Part shown: piece by piece, positions 8,221-16,443 of the stretch
Layout of the letters: the number at the start of each line of letters is the position of its first letter
Position numbering within the stretch: position 1 is the stretch's first letter
Source: an uncultured Ignavibacteriaceae bacterium
GTDB taxonomy: Bacteria; Bacteroidota; Ignavibacteria; Ignavibacteriales; Ignavibacteriaceae
Reading direction: 5' to 3'
Assembly: GCA_964371075.1 (NCBI GenBank)
Contig: CAYJKN010000006.1
Span: 128,592 to 192,591 of the forward strand
Length of the DNA: 64,000 nt
Position numbers and translations under genes: made by a program
Notes under the pieces: generated by a model
The model's input: only the letters and a program-made list of their open reading frames with translations
The model's database searches: none
Told to the model about the DNA's origin: nothing

Positions 8221-9432
8221 ATGCATAATGATATAGTCAATACGATACACGAATCGAGTCTCCTTTTCTCGAATTATGAAGCTGGTTCGGCCATTAAAAA
8301 AGCTCTGGAAATGGGAAGGGACGACATCCTTTTTGAACTGAAAGCCTCCAAACTTAAAGGAAGAGGCGGAGCAGGATTCCCAACCTCAACAAAATGGATG
8401 CTCGTGGCAGCTGCCACGGGAGCAGATAAATTTATTATCTGTAACGCAGATGAAGGTGAACCCGGTACATTTAAAGACCGCGTGCTCCTGATGAATGCTC
8501 CCTTCCTGATACTTGATGGAATGGTAGTTGGCGGATATACTGTGGGCGCAGCTCACGGTTACATTTACCTGAGAGGTGAATATGTTTATATGAGACAATT
8601 TCTTGAAGATTGTCTAAATGAAATGAGAGAAAAAAACCTCCTTGGTGAAAATATCTGCGGTAAAGAAGGTTTTAACTTTGATATTTCGATTGTGATGGGA
8701 GCAGGAGCCTATGTTTGTGGTGAAGAGACTGCTCTTATAGAATCACTCGAAGGCCAAAGAGGTGAACCAAGAAACAGACCTCCATATCCTGTGAATACAG
8801 GTTTGTGTGGTGCTCCCACTACAGTAAACAATGTTGAAACTCTCGGAGCAGTTCCACATATTATTCTTATGGGTGGAGCAAAATATGCTGAGAGAGGAAC
8901 TTCTGCTTCCACGGGGTCAAAACTCTTCTCCATATCAGGAGATTGTGAAAAACCGGGTGTTTATGAACTTAACTGGGGTATCACGATAAATGAACTCCTG
9001 GTGAAGGTTGGAGCAAAAGATACTAAAGCTGTGCAAGTTGGTGGCGCATCGGGAATATGTATTCCAAAGTCAAAATTTGACCGGAAGCTTGCGTATGAAG
9101 ATGTTGCAACCGGTGGTTCAATAATGATATTTAATGAATCAAGGAAGATGCTCCATATTCTTAAAAACTTTATGGAATTTTTTGTTGAAGAGTCTTGCGG
9201 ACAATGTACACCGTGTAGAATTGGAAATCAAAAGCTGCTCGAAGGTGTGGAGATGCTTGAAAAAAATCAATACACATTTGCCCATATAAACAATCTTAAA
9301 GAACTGGGTGAAACAATGAAAATTGCTTCCAAGTGTGGATTGGGTCAAAGCAGTCCTAATCCATTCCTTTCGATTCTCGAAGACTTTAAAGAAGAAATAT
9401 TTCATGCTAAAAGTGATGGAGTCTATAAATGA
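8221..9432 (+). CDS. hydB: NuoF-like NAD(H)/FMN-binding subunit of a multimeric [FeFe] hydrogenase (short form, core only)
   Basis: GRGGAGFPT, EGEPGTFKDR, GAGAYVCGEETALIESLEG, ESCGQCTPCRIG...KCGLGQ. Only 403 aa; no extra N- or C-terminal Fe-S domains. Confidence 0.85.
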   Translation: MHNDIVNTIHESSLLFSNYEAGSAIKKALEMGRDDILFELKASKLKGRGGAGFPTSTKWMLVAAATGADKFIICNADEGEPGTFKDRVLLMNAPFLILDGMVVGGYTVGAAHGYIYLRGEYVYMRQFLEDCLNEMREKNLLGENICGKEGFNFDISIVMGAGAYVCGEETALIESLEGQRGEPRNRPPYPVNTGLCGAPTTVNNVETLGAVPHIILMGGAKYAERGTSASTGSKLFSISGDCEKPGVYELNWGITINELLVKVGAKDTKAVQVGGASGICIPKSKFDRKLAYEDVATGGSIMIFNESRKMLHILKNFMEFFVEESCGQCTPCRIGNQKLLEGVEMLEKNQYTFAHINNLKELGETMKIASKCGLGQSSPNPFLSILEDFKEEIFHAKSDGVYK

Positions 9433-11306
9433 AGCATTTAAAAACATCGCGTGCCCCCATCAGTCAGAAAGCTTTTGTTCCAAGTGCTCCTGAGAATGTG
9501 GATACTATCGGTGGCACGGTAACAGTGCAAATAAACAGTAAAACAATGAGTGTACCATTTGGTACAACGATACTCGAAGCATGCCGCATGTCAGATATCT
9601 ACATTCCAACCCTTTGCGCCCATGAAGATTTGGGAATTGGAGGGCATTGCCGGCTTTGCCTGGTTGATGTTGAAGGAATGAGAACCCTGCAAGCTTCGTG
9701 TGCATTCCCTATTACAGCTCCGCTTAAAGTTAAAACCTCAACAATTGCTGTTAGAAAAGCAAGAAAACATATCATGGAACTGCTTTTAAGTGAGCATGTT
9801 GGTGAGTGTTATGCTTGCGTAAAAAACGGTAATTGTGAGCTTCAGAACCTCGCCAAAGAGATGGGCGTCGATTCGTATATGTTTGGTCACGACAATGTCA
9901 GCAAATATCCGGTTGACAGATCATCTTATTCAGTCATTCGTGATATGGATAAATGTGTAAATTGCCGCAGATGTGTGAGAACATGCATCGATCTTCAGGA
10001 AGTTGGTTGTCTCGAAGCAATTGGAAGAGGAGCAGAAACTCATATCGATACATTTATGGCCAAACCTCTTGCAGAAGTGGTTTGTATCAACTGCGGACAA
10101 TGTATTAACCGCTGCCCAACCGGTGCACTTTACGCAAATGATCCATCGGATGAGATTTGGAGAGCAATTGAAGACCCCACAAAACATGTGGTTATTCAGA
10201 CTGCCCCATCTCCTCGTGCTGCAATTGGTGAAGAATTTGGACTGGAACCGGGTATCTCTTTGACCAGAGAGTTAAATACCGCAATCAAAAGAATTGGTTT
10301 TGATAAGGTATTCGACACTAACTTCACAGCCGATTTAACAATCATGGAAGAGGGCACTGAGTTACTCACCAGGATTAAAAAAGCTGTTGTTGATGGAGAT
10401 GAATCTGTTAAATTGCCCCAGTTTACTTCGTGTTCACCGGGATGGGTTAAATATATCGAACATTTTTATCCCGAATATCTGGATCATCTTTCTTCTGCAA
10501 AATCACCTCAGCAGATGTTTGGAACAATTATAAAGACATTTTATGCTGAGCAGGCAGGTATCGATCCAAAAGATATCGTCAGCGTTGCTTTGATGCCATG
10601 CTCCGCAAAGAAATTCGAGTGCAACCGTCCTGAGATGGATGCTTCGGGTTACAAAGATGTTGATTATGGTCTCACAGCCCGTGAAATGGCAATGATGATA
10701 AAAGAAGCAGGTATGAAACTTCCTTCACTCCCTAAATCTGATTTTGATAATCCTTTTGGTCTCGGTTCGGGAGCAGGACTTATCTTTGGTGCCACGGGTG
10801 GTGTAATGGAAGCTGCTCTGAGAACAGTTTACGAACTGGTCACAGGGCGTGAAGTACCATTTGAGAAACTTCGTATAGAGGCCGTCAGAGGCTTTGAAGG
10901 AGTGAAGCAATCATCTGTAGTGCTTGAAAATTGTGTACCCGACTGGTCATTCCTGGAGGGTGTGGAACTGAAGTTCATCGTTGCTCATGGCACGGCAAAT
11001 GCAAAAAAGGTAATGGAACTGCTTAAAGCCGGAGAACTCTACGATGTACATTTCATCGAGATCATGGCATGCCCCGGTGGCTGTCTTGGTGGTGGTGGTC
11101 AACCTGTTCCTACAAACGAAAAGATAAGAAAAGCAAGAGCTAAAGCAATATATGCTGAAGAAGAGACACTTCCAATCAGGAAATCTCATGAAAACAGTCA
11201 TGTAGCTGAGTTTTATGCCAAGTTTATTCCTGAGGGTCCATGCAGTCACAAGTCTCACGAACTGCTGCATACTCACTATACAAAACGAGGCAAATTCATA
11301 CTCTGA
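9429..11306 (+). CDS. hydA: [FeFe]-hydrogenase catalytic subunit (2Fe-2S, His-ligated 4Fe-4S, 2x4Fe-4S and H-domain)
   Basis: CAHEDLGIGGHCRLCLV...SC, HVGECYACVKNGNC, CVNCRRCVRTC, CINCGQCINRCP. H-cluster motifs L1 FTSCSPGW (variant of TSCCPxW), L2 MPCSAKKFE, L3 EIMACPGGCLGGGGQP. ATGA overlap with hydB. Confidence 0.9.
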   Translation: MKHLKTSRAPISQKAFVPSAPENVDTIGGTVTVQINSKTMSVPFGTTILEACRMSDIYIPTLCAHEDLGIGGHCRLCLVDVEGMRTLQASCAFPITAPLKVKTSTIAVRKARKHIMELLLSEHVGECYACVKNGNCELQNLAKEMGVDSYMFGHDNVSKYPVDRSSYSVIRDMDKCVNCRRCVRTCIDLQEVGCLEAIGRGAETHIDTFMAKPLAEVVCINCGQCINRCPTGALYANDPSDEIWRAIEDPTKHVVIQTAPSPRAAIGEEFGLEPGISLTRELNTAIKRIGFDKVFDTNFTADLTIMEEGTELLTRIKKAVVDGDESVKLPQFTSCSPGWVKYIEHFYPEYLDHLSSAKSPQQMFGTIIKTFYAEQAGIDPKDIVSVALMPCSAKKFECNRPEMDASGYKDVDYGLTAREMAMMIKEAGMKLPSLPKSDFDNPFGLGSGAGLIFGATGGVMEAALRTVYELVTGREVPFEKLRIEAVRGFEGVKQSSVVLENCVPDWSFLEGVELKFIVAHGTANAKKVMELLKAGELYDVHFIEIMACPGGCLGGGGQPVPTNEKIRKARAKAIYAEEETLPIRKSHENSHVAEFYAKFIPEGPCSHKSHELLHTHYTKRGKFIL

Positions 11307-11326
11307 TAATTTCTTTATGTTAATTT

Positions 11327-11367
11327 AGAGGTTGTTTTTTTTATGAAAAGCAACCTCTTTTGTTTTT
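11327..11367 (+). terminator. Rho-independent terminator after hydA
   Basis: AGAGGTTG...CAACCTCT stem followed by TTTTGTTTTT. Confidence 0.7.
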
Positions 11368-11399
11368 AAAGCATCTAATTGATTAAAAAAGGAGTAAAT

Positions 11400-11990
11400 A
11401 TGGGAAGAATACTAATACTTCTGTTTGTTTCCGTTTTGATTTTCACCGGTTGTGTTAAAAAGGTGGAACCTAAAAAGGATGTTAAACTTGAAGAGGCAAA
11501 AATGGTTGCCGGTAAAGCTGCCGGAGAATTCATGAAAGAGTTAAAGTCTATTTTGGTGGCAGAAATGAAGAAAGGTGGTCCCGAGAGTGCATTAAATGTA
11601 TGCTCGGATACAGCCCAGGAATTTGCCAAAACATATTCTGTGAAGAAAGGGATGGAGGTTGGAAGAGTCTCTTTTATGAACAGAAATGAAGCAAATGTCC
11701 CTGATGAAGCAGAAGTGATGTGGCTTAAAGAGTGTGAAAACATGATGAAAGCGGATAACTTCAATAAAGACACTGTTTTCTCCAGAGTGGAAAAATCGGC
11801 AAACAGCCGGACATTACATCTCGCTAAACCAATTCTTTTGGCGGAAGAATGTGTAGTTTGTCATGGTACGGATGAACAAATCCCCGGTAATATTAAGAAG
11901 TTAATAGCTAAAAAATACCCTGACGATAAGGCTGTAAATTTTAGTCCGGGTGATCTAAGGGGATTGGTAACCGTAAAAATGAAATTTTAA
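11400..11990 (+). CDS. Tll0287-like (DUF3365) c-type heme lipoprotein
   Basis: Lipobox IFTGC. Single CxxCH (CVVCHG) near the C-terminus in a DUF3365-like context (family assignment from memory). AAGGAG lies 5 nt before the ATG at 11400. Confidence 0.65.
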   Translation: MGRILILLFVSVLIFTGCVKKVEPKKDVKLEEAKMVAGKAAGEFMKELKSILVAEMKKGGPESALNVCSDTAQEFAKTYSVKKGMEVGRVSFMNRNEANVPDEAEVMWLKECENMMKADNFNKDTVFSRVEKSANSRTLHLAKPILLAEECVVCHGTDEQIPGNIKKLIAKKYPDDKAVNFSPGDLRGLVTVKMKF

Positions 11991-12116
11991 AAGTCGCATT
12001 ATCCGGGGTTAAAATTTTTTAAAATATATTAAAGTATAACATTCAGTAATACAGTCTATCTGGTTTTTCAAAAAATAGATAGGTGAGTTTACTTAAACAA
12101 TCACTTAAATATAAAA

Positions 12117-12830
12117 TTAAAAAGTTTTAACCTTGATTTTATTATTAAAAAAATGTTGGTAGTCCTGGTACGGCTTCCAGTCACCGCCCCATTTCCAACC
12201 ATTTTTGATAAAGATTTTATAGATCAGTGCTTTTCTGTGGATTGTGCCATTTTTGGTGATATCATATTTTGCTCCTTTTGGTGATACTCTTTTGCCTGAT
12301 ACAAACGGGTTCCAAAATGGATTGATATCGAGGGCAAGACCGTAGGCGTGTTTACTCATGCTCCGGGTTCCGGAGACTAATCGATAGTTGAAGCTTGATG
12401 TATTGTTGTTAACCATTGAGCTGTCATCTGACCATTTATATTTACTCATCGGTTCGATTTTTTCAATTACAAACCCCGAATCCGCAATTTCTTTGAATAT
12501 TAACCTTATCTGAGTTGCAACTTCTTTGTGTACAATTAACCATGCTTCTTTTCTGTTGCCGTCAGGGTTAAGAAATTGTACTTTTACAGCAGTAAGTATT
12601 TCCGCAAGCTTGTCACTTTTTTTCTTATTGATAATTTTGAGATCCACCAGCGACTTTAATTCCCCTGCTAAAAAGTCTTTCGCTTCTTTTAAGCTGTCTT
12701 TTTTTGTTACATGCGATCCAATAGTTGAGTCTTTAGCGACAACTTTTGATGGAGTGGCAGATCTTTCAGTTGCAGGTGAGCAAGAGATCAACAACAGTGA
12801 AAGTGAGAATTTTAATATCCAGCCGGTCAT
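12117..12830 (-). CDS. M15-family (VanY/D-Ala-D-Ala carboxypeptidase-like) peptidoglycan peptidase, lipoprotein
   Basis: Lipobox LLISC. SKHAYGLALDINP and WGGDW...DYQHF are metal-ligand-like motifs of M15 peptidases. Confidence 0.7.
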   Translation of the reverse strand: MTGWILKFSLSLLLISCSPATERSATPSKVVAKDSTIGSHVTKKDSLKEAKDFLAGELKSLVDLKIINKKKSDKLAEILTAVKVQFLNPDGNRKEAWLIVHKEVATQIRLIFKEIADSGFVIEKIEPMSKYKWSDDSSMVNNNTSSFNYRLVSGTRSMSKHAYGLALDINPFWNPFVSGKRVSPKGAKYDITKNGTIHRKALIYKIFIKNGWKWGGDWKPYQDYQHFFNNKIKVKTF

Positions 12831-12997
12831 TTATTCCTCATATATTTATAATACTCAAATAACAACCCAACCAAAAGAGAAATGCCCATTATGGCAACTG
12901 CCACAGCAAATCCATTACCTACCTGTTTTGTAATAATCATCGAGAGGATTAATCCTGCGGCGAGTGAGAGACCAAGATATCTTCCGGGTTTTTGCAT
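12827..12997 (-). CDS. Small (56 aa) hydrophobic membrane protein, translationally coupled to the M15 peptidase
   Basis: Below the ORF-track cutoff. MQKPGRYLGLSLAAGLILSMIITKQVGNGFAVAVAIMGISLLVGLLFEYYKYMRNK has two hydrophobic spans. Its TGA overlaps the downstream ATG (ATGA). The RBS is weak. Confidence 0.4.
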   Translation of the reverse strand: MQKPGRYLGLSLAAGLILSMIITKQVGNGFAVAVAIMGISLLVGLLFEYYKYMRNK

Positions 12998-13099
12998 AAA
13001 TTCTGCTTCTTGTTGTTATTCTTGTAAATTTGCTACTGAAATTTAATTTATTTTTCATTGTTAAGTGATAACATAAACCGCGGTAAAAACGACTAAAAG

Positions 13100-14311
13100 A
13101 TGGCAAGAATACATAACAACCTGTTAGAAGCAGTATTAAGAATTATAAAAAGCACGATACTCGAGAATCGTTATGCTGATTCTGTGATCAATTTTATCCT
13201 TAAAACCAATCCAAAATGGGGAGCGAGGGATCGAAAATTCATCGCTGAGACCTCCTACGAAATTATCCGAAACTTAAGACTGATCTCTTACGCAGCCTCT
13301 ACGGGAACAACAAACGAAGAGCAATTCAGGAAGATTATAACTGCCTATCTTTTTATAGTAAGATTAAGTGATGAGGCGCAGCTGGGAGAAGTTGGACTAA
13401 AAAAAGATAAACTTCTTCAGAGATACGAAGAGGGGAAACAAACTCGAAAGATTAGAGAATCAGTACCGGACTGGTTGGATGAATTTGGGGAGCAGCAGTT
13501 GGGAGCACGCTGGGAGAAAGAGTTGAGTGCTCTTAACAAAGAGGCAGAAGTGGTGCTCCGGGTGAACACTATAAAAACCACAAAGAAATTTCTTAAGGAC
13601 AAATTCGCCGAACAAGAGATTAAGGCGATCGAAGTTCCCCATAATCCTGATGCATTGGTTCTTGAAGAAAGAAAAAATCTTTTCCTTCTTGATGAGTTTA
13701 AAAAAGGTTTTTTTGAGATACAGGATGCTTCTTCACAACATGTTGCCTATTTCTCGGGTGTGGAGCCGGGGATGCGTGTTATAGATGCATGTGCAGGTGC
13801 CGGCGGCAAATCTCTACACATGGCAGCATTGATGAAAAACAAAGGGAAGATACTTTGCCTCGATACAGAAGAACGAAAACTGATTGAGCTGAAAAAAAGA
13901 TCAAAAAGAAACGGTATCTCAATAATCGAAACGAAGGCTATTGACAGTACAAAAGTAATAAAACGTCTTGCCGAGAGTGCTGATCTTGTTCTTCTTGATG
14001 TTCCATGTTCAGGTCTTGGTGTTATCCGAAGAAATCCGGATGCCAAATGGAAACTAAAAAAAGAACGAATTGAAGAACTGATCAAAATTCAAGCAGAGAT
14101 ACTTTCTTCTTACTCAAACATGGTTAAAAAAGGTGGAAAGTTAATTTATGTTACATGCAGCATTCTTCCTTCTGAGAATGAATTACAAATCAAAAAATTC
14201 CTTGAGTCCCATAAAGATCAATTTAAGTTAATCGAAGAGAAAACAATCTCACCGGCAGAATCCGGATTCGATGGCTTTTATATGGCGAAACTCATTAGAT
14301 TAATGCAGTAA
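13100..14311 (+). CDS. NOL1/NOP2/Sun-family rRNA m5C methyltransferase (RsmB-like)
   Basis: SAM motif DACAGAGGKS. Catalytic Cys motifs DVPCSGLGVIRRNPD and YVTCSILPSENE. NusB-like N-terminal region. Confidence 0.8.
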   Translation: MARIHNNLLEAVLRIIKSTILENRYADSVINFILKTNPKWGARDRKFIAETSYEIIRNLRLISYAASTGTTNEEQFRKIITAYLFIVRLSDEAQLGEVGLKKDKLLQRYEEGKQTRKIRESVPDWLDEFGEQQLGARWEKELSALNKEAEVVLRVNTIKTTKKFLKDKFAEQEIKAIEVPHNPDALVLEERKNLFLLDEFKKGFFEIQDASSQHVAYFSGVEPGMRVIDACAGAGGKSLHMAALMKNKGKILCLDTEERKLIELKKRSKRNGISIIETKAIDSTKVIKRLAESADLVLLDVPCSGLGVIRRNPDAKWKLKKERIEELIKIQAEILSSYSNMVKKGGKLIYVTCSILPSENELQIKKFLESHKDQFKLIEEKTISPAESGFDGFYMAKLIRLMQ

Positions 14312-14470
14312 TGCAGTAATCCAATAATGCAGTAATTTTTAATAGTTTCACTGATTCTCACGGATTTGACACGGATTTTCACGGATGGATTTATTATTCC
14401 TCTCTTTGCGTCCTCTGCGCCCTTCGCGGTTTCTCTCAATCTCTCCTCTGTGTGCTCTGAGTGCTCTGTG
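14302..14470. repeat. Composite intergenic repeat: AATGCAGT octamer array, then CACGGAT words, then CTCTG words
   Basis: AATGCAGT AATGCAGT AATCCAAT AATGCAGT (14302-14333) includes the stop codon of the preceding gene. CACGGAT occurs 3 times (14359-14386). TGTGTGCTC/TGAGTGCTC words follow. The module order is the same as at 61323-61453. Confidence 0.75.
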
Positions 14471-14634
14471 GTTTAATCAACCCTTTGAGGTTTAATTCCA
14501 AATTTCCCTCCATTCCTCTTCCATCAAATCGAATAAAACCATTCTAATTATAGATTTACCCCTCATTGTTTTACCAATTTTATAACACAAAACCACCCGT
14601 TGAAAAATTTATTTTAACTTTTTTTCAAATATGC

Positions 14635-14663
14635 TTGACTATTTGCGAAAAATTTAATAAGTT
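14635..14663 (+). promoter_or_regulatory. Putative dcw promoter
   Basis: TTGACT (14635-14640) followed about 20 nt later by TAAGTTTTG (resembles a TAnnTTTG-type -7 box or a weak -10). It lies immediately upstream of the MraZ boxes. Confidence 0.3.
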
Positions 14664-14664
14664 T

Positions 14665-14689
14665 TGGGGTGAAGTGTGGAAAAGTGGGT
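14665..14689 (+). promoter_or_regulatory. Putative MraZ operator (three direct repeats at 10-bp spacing)
   Basis: TGGGG (14665), TGTGG (14675) and TGGGT (14685) are phased exactly 10 bp apart, about 50 nt upstream of mraZ. This matches the known TGGGN-N5 triple-repeat architecture of MraZ sites. Confidence 0.55.
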
Positions 14690-14735
14690 AAGTTGCCCAC
14701 AAAAAACCCCAAAAACAAATAAAAGGACCGCCTTA

Positions 14736-15203
14736 GTGTTCAAAGGACACTTTTTACACAATTTAGACTCCAAAAACCGTATCAGTATTCCTTCGAAACT
14801 GAAACGGTTTATCAGTCCGGCTGCTGAGAACACCCTGGTACTTACCAAGGGTGTGGGTCTCGATGAGGTAGGTCATTGTATAGATCTGTTTCCTAAGGAT
14901 TTATTTGCAACGATCGAGGAAAATCTTTCGAAATTGAACCAGTACAATAAAAACCATGCAAGATTCATTAGAGTCTTTCTTCACAGTGCTGAAGAGCAAA
15001 CCATGGATGGTCAATCCCGAGTGATAATTCCTCCACATCTTCTTGAATATGCAAAAATTGAGAAGGATGTGCTGATTCTCGGCTCATTAAACAAAATTGA
15101 GTTTTGGAATCCGGTGATCTATGAGCAATATGAAAAGGCTTCTTTGGACAGCTTTGAAGACATTGCCGAAAATGTGATGCAAATAAATGGACAAATTTCA
15201 TAG
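14736..15203 (+). CDS. mraZ: Transcriptional regulator MraZ
   Basis: (V)FKGHFLHNLDSKNRISIPSKL... and a second DGQSRVIIPPHL repeat give the duplicated SpoVT/AbrB-like MraZ signature. GTG at 14736 is preferred because the track ATG at 14676 lies inside the operator. Confidence 0.85.
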   Translation: MFKGHFLHNLDSKNRISIPSKLKRFISPAAENTLVLTKGVGLDEVGHCIDLFPKDLFATIEENLSKLNQYNKNHARFIRVFLHSAEEQTMDGQSRVIIPPHLLEYAKIEKDVLILGSLNKIEFWNPVIYEQYEKASLDSFEDIAENVMQINGQIS

Positions 15204-16110
15204 CCCTGTATTATTAAAAGAATCTGTTGAACATCTGATTACAGACAAAGACGGAGCATATTTTGATGGTACTTTTGGATTTGGCGGGCATTCGAGAAGA
15301 TTTCTCGAACAGCTCAGTCAAAGCGCTTTATTAATCGGGACAGATCTCGATCAAATCGTTTTTAATCAATCCCTCGAAAATTTTTCTCAAGACAGCCGTG
15401 TCAGACTTTACAATTTCAATTTTACAAAAATTGGAGTTGCAGCCCGACTTGAGTCTGTTGAGGGTTTTACCGGCATTTTTGCAGATCTAGGTGTTTCATC
15501 CTATCAACTCGATAATGAGGAGGAGGGATTTTCCTACAGGATGACAGCACCTCTCGACCTTAGAATGAACAAAGCTGAGGGAATAGCTGCACATGAGATC
15601 GTAAATAATGCTGAGGCGCATGACCTTGCAAAGATATTCCGTGAATTTGGAGAAGAAATCCAAAGTGGATACATCGCAAGTCTTATTGTAAAACAGAGGA
15701 AAATTAAACCGTTTAAAACTACCACCGACCTTGCCAAACTGATTGAGGATGTTACTCCTCAGCGGTTTCTTTTTAAACGGTTGTCAAGGGTTTTTCAAGC
15801 ACTTAGAATCGCCGTGAACAAAGAACTCGACTCGTTGAGAGAATTTCTTGAAGAGTCGGTCCCTCTGCTTAAACCCGGTGGAAGAATTGTGGTACTCACA
15901 TATCACTCACTTGAAGACAGAATTGTAAAAGATTTTTTTAAGGAAGAAGAGAAGGGGTGCATTTGTCCGCCGAATTTTCCGGTTTGCAATTGCAGTAAAG
16001 AGCAAACTCTTAAAATTATTACAAAAAAACCGGTATCCCCATCGATTGCCGAGATTCACGAAAATCGCAGAGCAAGAAGTGGTAAACTTAGAGCAGCCGA
16101 AAGAATCTGA
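15187..16110 (+). CDS. rsmH: 16S rRNA m4C1402 methyltransferase RsmH (MraW)
   Basis: HSPVLLKE, DGTFGFGGHS, DLGVSSYQLD, SLEDRIVK. Conserved position after mraZ. Confidence 0.95.
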   Translation: MDKFHSPVLLKESVEHLITDKDGAYFDGTFGFGGHSRRFLEQLSQSALLIGTDLDQIVFNQSLENFSQDSRVRLYNFNFTKIGVAARLESVEGFTGIFADLGVSSYQLDNEEEGFSYRMTAPLDLRMNKAEGIAAHEIVNNAEAHDLAKIFREFGEEIQSGYIASLIVKQRKIKPFKTTTDLAKLIEDVTPQRFLFKRLSRVFQALRIAVNKELDSLREFLEESVPLLKPGGRIVVLTYHSLEDRIVKDFFKEEEKGCICPPNFPVCNCSKEQTLKIITKKPVSPSIAEIHENRRARSGKLRAAERI

Positions 16111-16113
16111 TTA

Positions 16114-16443
16114 GTGAAAAAATCTTATAAAAAAAATATACTCTGGTTTCTGTTCTTCGCCTCGTGCATCGGGGTAATGGCATATTATTATATAAGCATC
16201 AATCTTGTGAATACAAAACTTTCGAAACAGATTGATGATTTGAAAGCTGAAATTAAAATTGAACAGTCGAATGTCAATTCATATAAAGCGGTGTTCGACA
16301 AACTGGTTTCCAAAGAACAGATAGTGCCCTTGGCAGAATCCAAGTTGGGACTTATTACAAGTTTTGATTCTACAGGAACAATTACACTTTCTCAGCAAGA
16401 AATTGAAGAATTTGAAAACAAGATTAACTATCTAAATGAATAG
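16114..16443 (+). CDS. ftsL: FtsL-like cell division protein
   Basis: Small bitopic protein (one TM segment, then a coiled-coil-like region) in the canonical slot between rsmH and ftsI. GTG start. Confidence 0.7.
   Translation: MKKSYKKNILWFLFFASCIGVMAYYYISINLVNTKLSKQIDDLKAEIKIEQSNVNSYKAVFDKLVSKEQIVPLAESKLGLITSFDSTGTITLSQQEIEEFENKINYLNE

Noticed and set aside
12915-13106. 63-aa minus-strand track ORF in the M15/methyltransferase divergent region
   Set aside because: It is highly basic and non-hydrophobic, and its start overlaps the divergent methyltransferase start. The alternative 56-aa hydrophobic frame (12827..12997), coupled to the peptidase, is more credible.
14676-14735. ATG at 14676 as the mraZ start (ORF-track model, 175 aa)
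   Set aside because: The extra 20 residues (MEKWVSCPQKTPKTNKRTAL) are not MraZ-like, and the codons overlap the phased TGGGN operator boxes. GTG at 14736 gives the canonical (M)FKGHF... N-terminus.
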